This document shows positions 1 to 12,439 of a DNA stretch of 64,000 bases, piece after piece. The stretch lies in contig NC_043008.1 of assembly GCF_006345805.1 (NCBI RefSeq), forward strand, positions 73,656,001 to 73,720,000. The letters run 5' to 3'. Both the position numbers and the translations under genes were made by a program. The notes beneath the pieces were generated by a model. That model ran no database searches. It worked only from the letters and a program-made list of their open reading frames with translations, and was not told where the DNA came from. The first letter of the stretch is position 1. The number at the start of each line of letters is the position of its first letter. The DNA comes from Octopus sinensis. Its lineage: Eukaryota.

Positions 1-793
1 AAAAGGTCACCCAAAATTAAAGTCTCTAGCAAAATATCCCCTGTTTATTCTTCTATGTTTTAGCGAAACAGATAAACTAAAGGAAAGCAATGGACAAAAA
101 CTAGAGTGCATTCTATCACAATTATCCGCACATGTTGCTTGAGTCATACATAAATCTAATCCCAATGTGCTATTACTTGTGAAGACAAGACAGAACGAGC
201 TAACGCTAGTACTAAGAACATGAATATTAGAGTGGTTCGTACAGACATTCAGAATGAGTGATGGAACCAAACTAATAAAATTGAAGATATCACAATGCCA
301 AACGTGTTGGGGGAAAATCTATGCTGATACGGCTAATATATTTTTCAAAATTGATCTGAAATACAACAAAAAAAAAAAACTGAAGAAGCGTGGCACCAAA
401 CGAATGACAGCCAGCAAGTATGTCAAACAGGTACGTGGGGAAGTGTGACGTTCATCGAACAGTTCCAGATATAACTCAAGTTATTTCCATAGGACTTACG
501 ATAGATAAGTTTATGGAAAGTGGTCCTGAAACTAATTTTATGAGATATGAAATATATGGCAACGTCAATCAGACTAGAACAACCGGTGACGCACACCAAC
601 TGATTTTGTTTCTTTAAAATTTACAACATTATAGTGAAAAGACATTTGCGATTTATCAATATTTTGTATCTAGGTTTGAGAATATAGTTCGTTATTTGAC
701 TGAGTGAGCTTCAGTTGTTATATTTACATAGTTTTTGATAAATATACTGTATGCTGTGTATATATCATATATAGTATGTAGTGTGTGAATATT

Positions 794-807
794 TATCTAT
801 CTATCTA

Positions 808-889
<82 letters not shown>

Positions 890-896
890 CTATCTA

Positions 897-945
<49 letters not shown>
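794..945. repeat. (TATC)n followed by (TA)n microsatellite
   Basis: Seen directly; explains ORF 785..1138. Confidence 0.95.
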
Positions 946-953
<8 letters not shown>

Positions 954-959
954 GTAGTA

Positions 960-1115
960 TGTCACTTAGCGGTTCGGCAAAAGAGACCGATAGAATAAGT
1001 ACTGGGCTTACAAAGAATAAGTCCCGGGGTCGATTTGCTCGACTAAAGGTGGTGCTCCAGCATGGCCGCAGTCAAATGACTGAAACAAGTAAAAGAGTAA
1101 AAGAGAAAAAGAGTA
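960..1115 (+). mobile_element. 3' half of a tRNA-derived SINE (octopus-type family)
   Basis: ggcaaaagagaccgatagaataagtact...ggtgctccagcatggccgcagtcaaatgactgaaacaagtaaaaga; the same tail recurs at ~5600-5730 and ~24900-25030. Confidence 0.8.
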
Positions 1116-2744
1116 TAGTTCAAATTTACACTAAATAAAGACAAAGACAGGTGAAGGAACAATAAGCAGGTGTATTAATGTATTAATTTGATGCTCGGGA
1201 AGAATAGAAATGTTCTTGGCGCTTCGAATCTACGCTCTTCGACACAAAGGATTCAGAGGAGAAAAACGGAGAAAGAAAATAAATCTCTAGAGATTAATGG
1301 TTTAGTATCATTTTACACTCTTAGTGTTCCATGTGGTTAACTGACAAAGTGAATAATGTTTTGGATTATTTGATCGCGTGTTGTGGCTTTGCTACAGTTC
1401 AGTTGTATGGCAGAAAAATAGCTTATTAAGTATTGCTTCAAGCGATCTCGCCTCTTTGATTATTAAACTGGAAAGAAAGGACGAGTTGTGCAGTAAGAAC
1501 GCGCATTGAGACTGGCAGAAAATTCTGACTCAGCAAAGTTCAAGTTGTTGTGTATGAGTTTTCTTGCCTATATCAGTGGGTGGCTAGGTGCAACTCTGCT
1601 GCCGCAATAGAAGGAGCCGAAACATCTACGGAGCTGCTTCACTGACTGATGAGACATAGATTCCTACATTCGGAGACGGAGTATAGCAATACTCTGGGCA
1701 CACAAGTGCTCATTCTAAATGAAATATTTATTTTATCGCAAATTATTAGTATATGTTTCCTCATAAAATGTAGAAACTGATGGATTCGTATCACGGTATA
1801 CGATTAAGCTGTATATGTATACACATATACGCATATCCCCCCCCCCACATATATATATATATATATATGCATATATGCAAACATACATACAGACAGACAT
1901 GTGTGCTTCAGTGTGTATGTGTGAGTACGAATCGAGAATGAAATCCGTATCATTTTCTTAATTTATCATTTTCCTGTCCTTAACAGTTTAACTGCGACAA
2001 CTGATAATTCCACAGCGATTTCTGTAGTAACTCCAAAATGTTTCTAGTGGTGAAGTACACAGTCAATGACATATACCTCAAACGATATATTAATAGCAGA
2101 GTCAAGTGGAAATTTAGCGCAGTTATCCAACATATCTCTCCTTTCCACAAAATCAGTGTCTTAATGATGAGATACATGGACAATAGAATCGATATCCCTA
2201 TATCAATGGTAGTTACGTTATTGCTGTCGAGAGGATGTAAAAGACTTCCTGTTAGGATTGAACTAAGAGCAACAGAAATAAATAATGCGAAGCTGAAGCA
2301 CCCTGCTTTTTATGTTACCAAACAAACAGAAAAACAGGCACTAAAATATTTTCCAATCCAATAAAATATTTACATGCTAGTATATATAGCTTTATATGCA
2401 TCGAGAACCTCTATCATAACATTACACGCGCACGCGCTCACGCACGCACACACACACATGCATATTTGTCTATCGTATTATGCTTAGAAGCGATACACTT
2501 TACCACAATTTTCGAGTTGACTCAGAAAGAAGAGAGTACACTCAAACTTTGTTAGATTCTCCGCGTAAATCAAGTCGGTACAGCTTAGTTTGCACTAGGA
2601 TCAAGCCTTGTAGGTTATAATACCGTTTGTCTACAAAAACACTTCTTGATTCATGAGGCTATGATATCTAAAGTAATTCAAATATGTTTTGATAGATATG
2701 GTGTTCAAAGATCCCATAACAATAATATTTTTTTTTGTTTTCAG

Positions 2745-2871
2745 GTGACTTTCCATCTTTGACACGAATTCAAGGAAATCCAAGATGGCCGCCATCCCTC
2801 AGCAACGCAGCTGGGGAGTGTTTTTGAGTGACACCCTGACTTTGAAATTTATTAACTGAAGAAGCTGTTGC
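2745..2871 (+). other. Possible short exon (unconfirmed)
   Basis: Poly-T tract plus ttttcag|G acceptor, GC-richer interior and gc|GTAAGA donor. No long open frame and no neighbouring exons identified. Confidence 0.2.
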
Positions 2872-2980
2872 GTAAGAAATGTATTTCCAATTGTGTTTTA
2901 CGCAATCATATGAAACGTATGTATTAAATTATTTCAAACATTCATTATTTGATTTGACTTCTTATATAAATATATATATA

Positions 2981-2996
2981 CGGAGAGAGAGAGAGA

Positions 2997-3046
<50 letters not shown>
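2981..3046. repeat. (GA)n microsatellite
   Basis: Seen directly. Confidence 0.95.
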
Positions 3047-3049
<3 letters not shown>

Positions 3050-3054
3050 TTATA

Positions 3055-3170
3055 TTAAGGGCATTACTATACATAAATGCCTCACGCTAGGTGGGACTCT
3101 TAAAGTAAAAACTACCAAACTTTAAAAGTTCCTACTAGCGTGAGGCATTTATGTATTGTAATGCCCTTAA
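3055..3170. mobile_element. Hairpin-type MITE-like element bounded by TTAA
   Basis: 48-bp inverted arms 3059-3106 and 3119-3166 (5 mismatches), 12-nt spacer, TTAA on both sides. Confidence 0.65.
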
Positions 3171-4459
3171 GATAAATAAATATATATAGAGGAAAAAATT
3201 AATAGATTTTTCCCTTATGATGTTTTTTCACGCTAACTACTTGATAATTACTTATAAAGATTTTATCCTATTTTAAAATTATGCGTGTATATATATATAT
3301 ATACACATACATACAAACACACACACGTCTATGCATCCAACTTATATTTATATCTACTTTTTACTTCTTTCGCTCACCTATCACCAGCGAAAACAACGAG
3401 AAAAGCATCTAAATTTATTATTCATTTAATAAACTTGTACGAAATATGTTTTTACATAAAACGAAAATACAGAGAATATTATACAAAAGCATGATATCAC
3501 TACTTAATGTAACATAGAATATTTTAATAGCATGCGATATTTTAATTAGAAGTTTAACATGACATTTGTTAAACCCCCATAAATAATATCCTAATTGCAA
3601 TTCACTTTTGTAATGTGCAACAGTTTTTCTTGCGCTTCCAGCAAATTTTTTTAACCTTGCCATCGCAGTGTAACTATATTTGAATTCTTATATATTGTTT
3701 CTTCCATTGAGCTAAATTCTATTTTGTCCTGTCTTTCTTGTTTACACGCTCAGTCAAACAACCAAATCAGCTTAAGTCGAGGAATCTCAATTGCCTTAGA
3801 GTGAAAGCAGTCTCCATGGGAACCTAATTGACCATAAATTATATCCTCTATCCTTTAAGCTGAAAATATATGAATATTCTTAATATTTATACCTTCAATA
3901 CATTCCTTACTAATTATTAATATTACCATATTACATGGTTGGGAATATTTTTTGTAAAAGAGACATACGTTTTGTATAAATTAACATTTATTTGCATGTT
4001 TTAAAAATACTTTGATACTACTTTTTAAAGCTATTTTTATATTTTATAGAATGAATTACATCATTACATTTGCAAATTCTCTTTCTCTCGTTCCCTAATT
4101 CAATTTGTCCCGAAGCACATTACAAAAAAATCACTTTCACATATCGTTTACAGATGTCAGAAAACTAAAATTAGTTACTTCTTTTATATATATATTTACA
4201 ATGCACACCTGTACAACAAATTTTAATAGCAGGAGAATTAAAAATATCTAGATGACATAAGCGACTCCATTATATATTTTAAGTCACAGGACAATAGTTA
4301 TTTTAGGCTCATAATTTTCCCTTGTGTTTTTAAAATTTGCTTGTAGAGGATTAAAATGTGATTAGATGAGTCATGAAAGGTGGTTGTTGTGGTTCAATCC
4401 ACTCAGCAGTTGATCACTTTTAGTTTTTTCATTAATTTGCACATACACATATAATACAT

Positions 4460-4575
4460 GCAAGCATGCATACATATATACACACATACATACATACAAA
4501 CAAACAAACAAACAAACAACAAACAAAATACATACATACTACACATACATATATATATATGTATATATATATATG

Positions 4576-4645
<70 letters not shown>

Positions 4646-4698
4646 TGTATATAATATATATATGTATATATATATATGTATATATATTATTATATATA
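4460..4698. repeat. (CATA)n/(CAAA)n/(TA)n compound microsatellite
   Basis: Seen directly. Confidence 0.9.
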
Positions 4699-4889
4699 AC
4701 ATTATTGTGAATTGAAGAAATGGAGCTGAACGCAGATTGAAAAATCGTTTTATTTCATTCTACACGTGTTCGAAAGGCACAAATTACCAAAATATTTTGG
4801 TAATTGTGCCTTTCGAAACACGTGTAGAATGAAATAAAACGATTTCTGTTCAATCTGCGTTCAGCTATTTCTTCATTCACCAATAATGT
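4699..4889. repeat. ~190-bp loopless imperfect palindrome (MITE/foldback-like)
   Basis: Arms mirror around ccaaaat|attttgg at 4793/4794 with a few small indels. Confidence 0.85.
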
Positions 4890-5297
4890 TTTAATTTCAA
4901 TTATCCGCACCAACGCACGGTTGCAACGCCAGATGGTTGTACCTCCACCGTGCTGTTCACTGCTGTGATTTTTGCTACTAAGGTATCGGTTAAACTTTGA
5001 TTAATCCATAAGATTATTCATCTTCTATTTCACATATATATTATATTATATATATATATATATAATATATAATATATATATATATATATATGCACGGATC
5101 TAAGCAGACATGAGTACTCACATACACATACATATATGTAAATTAGTAGGACTGACGTTAACATAAGTAGGTATTTTAGATTTGGATTTCCCACCAGTAT
5201 ATCAACAGAAAACTTCAAAGAATCAGATCTTACAAGAACACTCCCGATATATATATATTTAATCCTTTACAAGGAAATTTTAAATACATAAATATAG

Positions 5298-5730
5298 GCG
5301 CTGGTGGGGCTCTGTGATAAGAAGCTTGCTTTCCAACTACATGGTTATGGGTTCAGTCCCATTGCGTGGTAACTTGGTTCAGTGTTTTCTACTAAAACAC
5401 TCGGGTCGATCAAATTTTGTGAGTGGATTTGGTAGACGGAAACTGAAAGAAGCCCGTCCTATATGTGTGTATGTGTGTGTGCGTGTGTGTGTATGTATCT
5501 TTGTGACTGTGTTCGTGTGTGTGTCTTTGTGTCTGTGTTCGTTCCTCACCGCTTGACAATCCGTGTTGGTGTGTTTACATCCTCGTAACTTGGCATTTCG
5601 GCAAAAGAGACAAATAGGACAAGTACTAGGCTTTTAAATAAAATAAGTCTTGGGGTCTAGTTGTTCAACAAAAACTCTTCAAGGTGCTGCTCCAGCATTC
5701 AAATGATTAAAACAACTAAAAGAATAGAGT
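5298..5730 (+). mobile_element. Near full-length tRNA-derived SINE
   Basis: tRNA-like head with B-box-like gggttcagtccc, core ggatttggtagacggaaactgaaagaagccc, internal (TG)n, and a 3' tail shared with other copies in the window. Confidence 0.85.
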
Positions 5731-7499
5731 GTATGTGTGTGTAGTGTGTGTGTGTGTATGTGTGTATGTGTGTGTGTGTGAAGTAGTGGTCAAGTTTACC
5801 CAGTTAAATGAGAATATTGAAGCAGAACCGCAAGGTACAAAGGCAACAGAGATATACCGACAGAGAAAACTAAAGATTTAAAGGAATAACATTTAGACAT
5901 AAACACATCAACAAAGAATACCAAAATATAACTCAGTAACATCACAGATATACATACAGTTTTATAGGTTTTCCTTATATAGTTATTAAAACACAGCAAA
6001 CTGTCATACAATGTATTCTAAAATACCGCTCCCAAACAATAATATTACGAAACCAACGATAGAAGCTCTAAATGATATTTGACCTGTTGAAAGTAGCTGC
6101 TAGATGTCACACAACTATTGCTCTACAGTCTTAGAAAACGTAACTTTTCTATAATGAGGTACTCATACAGAAAAGACGGAGCAGTCATAGTGGTGGGCGA
6201 AACACTAACAACAAGAAAACCACAGAAATATATAAGTATCAACGGATAATAATCAATGTAACATTTTTGTATGTCACAATTTCTTAGGGTATCGGTAAAT
6301 TTGCGTGACATAAAATACAGAGTTAAAAGGTTAATCGGTGTATCTTGCGTTTTCATTTAGTGAAATTATTTCTTGTTCAAATAACCATGCCGTCTGACAT
6401 GTTTAAACGTCTGGTGCAGAGTTCTAATTAACGTTTTGTTTTGGATTATTAACTCCGTCAGTAGAAACGCAAGATTCGTTTCCTTTTTATAATTTCCGTC
6501 TACATTGCTTTTCTAATTCAGTCGCCACCCTCGTCATTATGTATATATTCAAGAACAAGACTATTTACGACTTTTTGGACATCAAACCGACTGAAGCATA
6601 ACTTCGTCTCTAGAAGCGTTTAATAGTCCAAAAATTAATAATCTTAATATTCTCAATATTTTAGACATATTTGTGTTGTAGCGGTAGTCATGCCGCCTTT
6701 AGAAAAGTTAATTCTGCCGCAAGAATTCAGATTAGATCCTTCTATTTCTCTTGCTGGTATATTCTTTTCTGACTAAATTTCCTGCATATCTTTCGGAAAA
6801 AAAAAAATTAAAGCGCACAATTTCTACCGAGCAGGCTTGGTTTTCAAAGATCCAGGAATTTTAATGCTTATCCTCGGCTGGCTTGTATAAATCTCTAGAG
6901 AGATTCGAAGTCTCAATCCACCAACCTGTAATTGTTGATTATAATTTAAAATCTCTGTCGAAAAATATGCTATATATAGTGTAGTAGATCGAAAACGTGT
7001 TGTAGAAAAATTTCGATCATACTACTGACGACTTAACGAAGTGTTATACAGAGTGTATCTTCTCTCTCATCACTTTACGTCAAAGAAATCTGAAAACAGC
7101 TACGGTGACTATAGAATTCTTAGAATCTTATAACGATAAATATTTTAATCAACCATAATAATGTGATTATTGGTTTTACTTTTATTACGATATATCAAGA
7201 GTTTCCTACTGACCATATCTCTGAGACAGTAATGGCACTAAACAACACGTTCTACAGCCATTAGTTATGCAAAATATGCGTAGAATTTTTAGTCAAAGTC
7301 TAGCAGCCATGTTGCAATCTACCAGTGGCATGGTTTCATCGGATTATTTATTCATATTTGGTGCAGTAAAAAGTCGATAAATCACAACTTAAATCAAAAC
7401 AATTTTATAGATTGAGGTTTCAAAAAAAAAGAAAAAAAAAGAGAATGTCAAATATCCAGGAAAGTAATATCACAAATAAAAGCAATGATTTCTTTATTT

Positions 7500-7542
7500 A
7501 ATAACAACAACAATAATATTAATAATAATGATAATAATAATG

Positions 7543-7588
<46 letters not shown>

Positions 7589-7590
7589 TG

Positions 7591-7662
<72 letters not shown>
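7500..7662. repeat. (AAT)n microsatellite
   Basis: Seen directly; explains the poly-N/I/L/Y ORFs. Confidence 0.95.
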
Positions 7663-8399
7663 TGGTGTAAGGAAACAATAAAATATTCCGGTAACATTGT
7701 ACCATTTTGGTAGGATGTTACTGGAAAATAATTTTGCATGTATGTATGTATGTGTGTGTGTGTGCAACAATAATAATTTAGTCCGGCATTTCACCTACTC
7801 TGACAACTACCATTCGTTTATAACATGTAGTATTGAATATTTTCCGTATGATTTCATAAGAAATTCGAATATTGCGTTTGCATTTTTCAAAAAATGTTTA
7901 TACTCCGTACATTAATTTTGAGGCAAGGAAGAAAGAAAAAATAAATAACTACCGGAGATTCATGGCTTTTTACCGCTGTTAAAATCACACGACTAACATG
8001 GCTGAATTTATTGAAAATGTAAATTATATTTTAAGCAATATTTGCCCAGATGTATGTGTCAATATTTACTAGTTACCATAATAGTGTAATGTTTACACAT
8101 GTAAGATATTATTGGATTGTATTTTAACTGTCGCCATCTTTTGAATATGTTAATATTTTCTCTAAAAGACATGTTGCGGTGACTAAAACGTCTGGTTTAC
8201 TCTTACCTTCTGCTATATTATTACTGCCTACCATATCTGCTGCTGTATCGTTTTTCTCATTATTTCTTTGAATACATGTTAGTCAATTTATAACATTTTG
8301 ATATTTAAATTTTGATTTATCGATGTTTTATATTTCAGAAATGCATTATATTTATTCATGTTCTTCTCTCATCTTCCCCTTCATATATAATATATAGTA

Positions 8400-8750
8400 T
8401 TACACAGTTGTTACTGATGTACAGTCTCTTTATCGGCCGTCGACAGCAAATTTTAACTCCTTTAACAGCTTCTAACGTTATCGTTACTTCCAAGTGTGCT
8501 GAGTATCGTTATTGCTGGCAGGGAATGTACGTTTTATCTAGGCCCATATTGTGAACCTCTTTCACCCTTACCATCCATGTAGCTTTTGCATCGATCTAGA
8601 TGTAGTTGTAATCACTCAAGATACCTTTTGCCACTCTCTAACGATTTCTTCTTTGTTACTCTCAATAATCTTTCCCTCTTGTCTACCGAATCGATCATCA
8701 ACCAACTGCAGATTTTGATGTCAGTCATCACATCTTTGCTACCCACTCAT
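8400..8750 (-). mobile_element. Very old LINE ORF2-like remnant (uncertain)
   Basis: Minus strand gives short LINE-linker-like peptides (GKIIESNKEEIVREWQ; ITLEAVKGVK) broken by stops. Confidence 0.25.
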
Positions 8751-8956
8751 GTAGAACTAATATAAATACAAACAGTCAGCATGTTTGGCTTCACACAATT
8801 ACCTAAGACTTTCCTCCCATGTTCCTACTCAATATTTCTGTCAACACACACACACACGCGACGCGCGCGCGCGCGTCTAAGAATCCGCGAGTCCGAAAAA
8901 ATGCACTCGTATATTTGTCCGTACAGTGAGTATATTAATCGAAGTCTACAGTATTA

Positions 8957-9401
8957 TATATCCATTAAGGCCGATCTTACCGATCGGTTTCGCACTAGGT
9001 GTTCAACGGAGTGTCAGGTAACAGACCGATTATGGAATCCGCGCACTTCAGAGATGGCAGTTATGGAATGAAATGTGGCGACTGCTCTCTATTGTTGGAG
9101 GTGAACAAACACTTCGGTTTGATTTGCGGTTGCTGTGAATACGACGATAAAATGAACCGAGCAATGCTTAAGCTAAGAGTGATGTCTTTTACTACCAAAA
9201 CACCCCCAGAGATCTTAACCTTTGCTTCAGAGCGTTCAGTAGTCTTTTTCACAGCAGCCACAAACCAGATGTGTCTATTCTCATCCAACAATAGAGAGTA
9301 GTCACAAGATTACATTCCATAGCTGCCATCTCTGAAGAGCCCGAGTTTTGGTTGAATACTTAGAGCGAAACAGATCGATAAGGTCGGCCTTAATGGATAT
9401 A
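8957..9401. mobile_element. Non-autonomous DNA transposon (~440 bp) with terminal and subterminal inverted repeats
   Basis: 51-bp outer IR (8957-9007 / 9351-9401, 6 mismatches) and 25-bp inner IR (9046-9070 / 9313-9337, 1 mismatch). Confidence 0.8.
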
Positions 9402-9434
9402 CACACACATACGCACACATATACGTATATATAT

Positions 9435-9520
<86 letters not shown>

Positions 9521-9627
9521 ATCACCGTGCATTGACTAAGGTAAGTAGTCTAATATTGGGGCATATAAGCTCTTGACGGAAAAAAGTGGGGTTACCCATA
9601 CTCATGGGACTCAAACCCACACCACTC

Positions 9628-9662
<35 letters not shown>

Positions 9663-9734
9663 CGTGATCACGTGATCGAAAGGACTATCGGATGTTATAC
9701 ACAATGCGCTTGAATCGTTTTGGCTTTTGAATTA

Positions 9735-9900
9735 TAGCACCCCGCTGGCTAGGTGAGTAGCAAGTGTGATCGGAAAGCTGGTTCGTCGGACTGGAGCAAC
9801 GTGAAAGGAAGTGTTTAAGTCAAGAGCACAGCACATGCTTTTCTTGGAATCGAACTCACGATTTAGCGATCGTGAGTGCAACATCATAGCAATTAGGCCA
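9735..9900 (-). mobile_element. tRNA-derived SINE (second family), 5' part
   Basis: Minus strand reads ggcctaattgctatgatgttgcactcacgatcgc...gagttcgattcc (A/B-box-like), then aaacacttcctttcacgttgctccagtcc. Confidence 0.6.
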
Positions 9901-10114
9901 AACATTTTTACCCCGCCCCGAAAATCTCTGTAATTATTAAAGTTTTATATTTAAACGTCCCATCTCCAAAACGCCTGTACACGGTTTGAAAAGTATAAAC
10001 ACGCTTAGATAAGTAACAATAAAATATTTTCTATCTCTCATAGCATTTGAAATTACGTAGAAAATGTTTTATTCATAATGTTTTTAATGAGAAGTAATAG
10101 TAGTTTCATAGTTT

Positions 10115-10290
10115 GACACAAGGCCAGCAATTTCAGCTGGTGGCAACAGTCGATAACATCAACCTCAGTACTCTGCTGTTACTTAGCTTATCAACACAAA
10201 AAGGATAAAGTCAAAGTTAACGTCCATGAAATTTGGACTACGAACATAGAGAGTTGAAGGAAATGACGATAAGCATTTTGTCCAGCTCGC
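10115..10290 (-). mobile_element. Degenerate SINE
   Basis: Similar to the better copies at 23974-24193 and 47318-47530. Confidence 0.55.
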
Positions 10291-10714
10291 AGCCTTTAAA
10301 GAGGAATAATGATGACGTCAGTATTTCTATATATCCTATCTAAGAAATATAATTGAACGAAGTAAACTTGTCACCCTCTACCGGTAGAGATGCTGGTAGA
10401 AAACAAAGTATAAATTCTTTCACATCTATATTGAAAAGTTTAAATTTCAGATAGAAGAAGAATATATTTACTAATGTCCATTCTCTTTCTAACCACGTAC
10501 TAACTTCTGATTCTTGAAGATGCGATTATTAATAAAGGAAATCTAATAACCTACTTAAATCTGAGACAGCTGTTGTAAAACAACTCACAATCCAGAATTA
10601 CAAAATATGTTTAGCCACATAATAAGTTGGAAAATGATGCAGACTAGAACAATACCTTGAAATAGGTTGCACAATCGCTTCGCACTCTCCAAGCAACTTA
10701 AGGACTCTCAGATG

Positions 10715-10745
<31 letters not shown>

Positions 10746-10770
10746 CTATATATATATATATATATATATA

Positions 10771-10799
<29 letters not shown>

Positions 10800-10805
<6 letters not shown>

Positions 10806-11430
10806 GAGTACAGAAATTCGGGGTGAGTACTTGATAATTATAAGCACCTGATAATTATCAAGTGCTTATAATTATCAAGTGCTACACCACCAAACGGTAT
10901 ACACAGGTATATATATATGTAGGTCCAGGGTTGAGTCGGGGTTAACCACAGTAAATAAGGTACTCAATACATAGCAGAGTAAAGTAATTTATTTTAAAGA
11001 AGGAGCTTCTACAAGACTAGAACTGTTTCATTCAGATGAAATCTTCAGGAAGCTGGCTGTCAAAATAAGTTCTGGTATTTATGCATTTAGCAGATTTAAT
11101 GGAGTTGTGGTGGGGGACGTTTTTGGGGTAGGTTGGTATTTAGGAGATAAACAGGGCACAAGCTATTGGTCTTAGGGGAGTACGCCAAGTGTTTTTTGAA
11201 ATGAGAAGAATCAGTGAGAAAATAAATAAATGAATAGAATACATGAATAGAAACAGATATATGGGATGGGATTTTAGGTAAATTAGAAGACAATTGCTTT
11301 TTGGTGGTCAAGAAGAGGTAGGCAGTTTGTTATTGTTAGGTGGAGGGGATAAATAGATAAATATACATGAAAAACCATGTAAAATAAATATACATACAAA
11401 CACATACATACACATGCGGATATACATATA
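10800..11430 (-). mobile_element. Penelope-like element 3' region / pseudo-LTR
   Basis: Carries a type I hammerhead motif on the minus strand and has a partial inverted copy at 12141-12316; both are established PLE traits. No ORF recognised. Confidence 0.5.
11004..11054 (-). ncRNA. Type I hammerhead ribozyme motif (intact CUGAAGA / GAAA core, GUA cleavage triplet)
   Basis: Minus strand: AGCUUC-CUGAAGA-U-UUC-AUCU-GAA-U-GAAAC-AG-UUCUAGUC-UU-GUA-GAAGCU. Helix I 6 bp; helix II 3 bp behind a U.U mismatch; helix III 4 bp. Confidence 0.65.
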
Positions 11431-11942
11431 TGTGTATTTATATGAGTTATGTATGTATGTGTATATGCATGTATATATTTATGTATGCGTATATGTATTT
11501 ATATATACATGCGTATTTGTATATAAATGTATGTGTGTATGCATGTATATTTGTGTATGGATGTATGTATGTATATAGATATGGACATGTAATTTATGTA
11601 TGGGTATGTATATATGTGTATATGTGTAGATATGTATTTGTATGTACTTGTATGTATGTGTATGTGCAAGTATGTGTATATGTGTGTATGTATGTATATG
11701 CATGTGTGTATTTATATATGCATATATGTATTTATATGTGTATATATACTTATGTATGCGTATATATATTTATATACACATATGTTTTTATATGTGCATA
11801 TGTGTTTATATATGCGTGTATATATTTATGTGTGTGTTTGTGTGTACATATGTATATTTATGTATGTGTTTATATATGCATAATTATATATATGTTTATA
11901 TGTACGTAGGTATATTTATGTATGTATACTTATGTGTATTTG

Positions 11943-11999
<57 letters not shown>

Positions 12000-12039
12000 T
12001 ATATATGTGCGTGTGTGTGTGCATGTAGGTGTATGTATG

Positions 12040-12082
<43 letters not shown>

Positions 12083-12140
12083 ATGTATGTATATATGTAT
12101 GTATGTGTATGTATGTATATATGTGTGCGTATGTATGTAT
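11431..12140. repeat. Degenerate (TATG)n/(TG)n/(TA)n tract
   Basis: Seen directly; explains the many MCIY-type ORFs. Confidence 0.9.
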
Positions 12141-12309
12141 ACATATGTATATCCGCATGTGTATGTGTGTGTGTTTGTATGTATATTTATTTTACATGGT
12201 TTTTCATGTATATTTATCTATTTATTCCCTCCACCTAACAATATCAAACTGCCTACCTCTTCTTGACCACCAAAAAGCAATTGTCTTCTAATTTACCTAA
12301 AATCCCATC

Positions 12310-12316
<7 letters not shown>
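12141..12316 (+). repeat. Inverted copy of 11257-11430
   Basis: Reverse complement matches except for a few substitutions and a microsatellite length difference. Confidence 0.9.
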
Positions 12317-12382
<66 letters not shown>

Positions 12383-12439
12383 GTATGTATATATTTGTTT
12401 GTATATGTGTGTGTGTGTACATATATATGCATGTATGTA

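Noticed and set aside
1200-1260. Hammerhead-like motif on the minus strand (tcgaagagcgtagattcgaagcg)
   Set aside because: Core and GAAA both altered, and no usable helix I.
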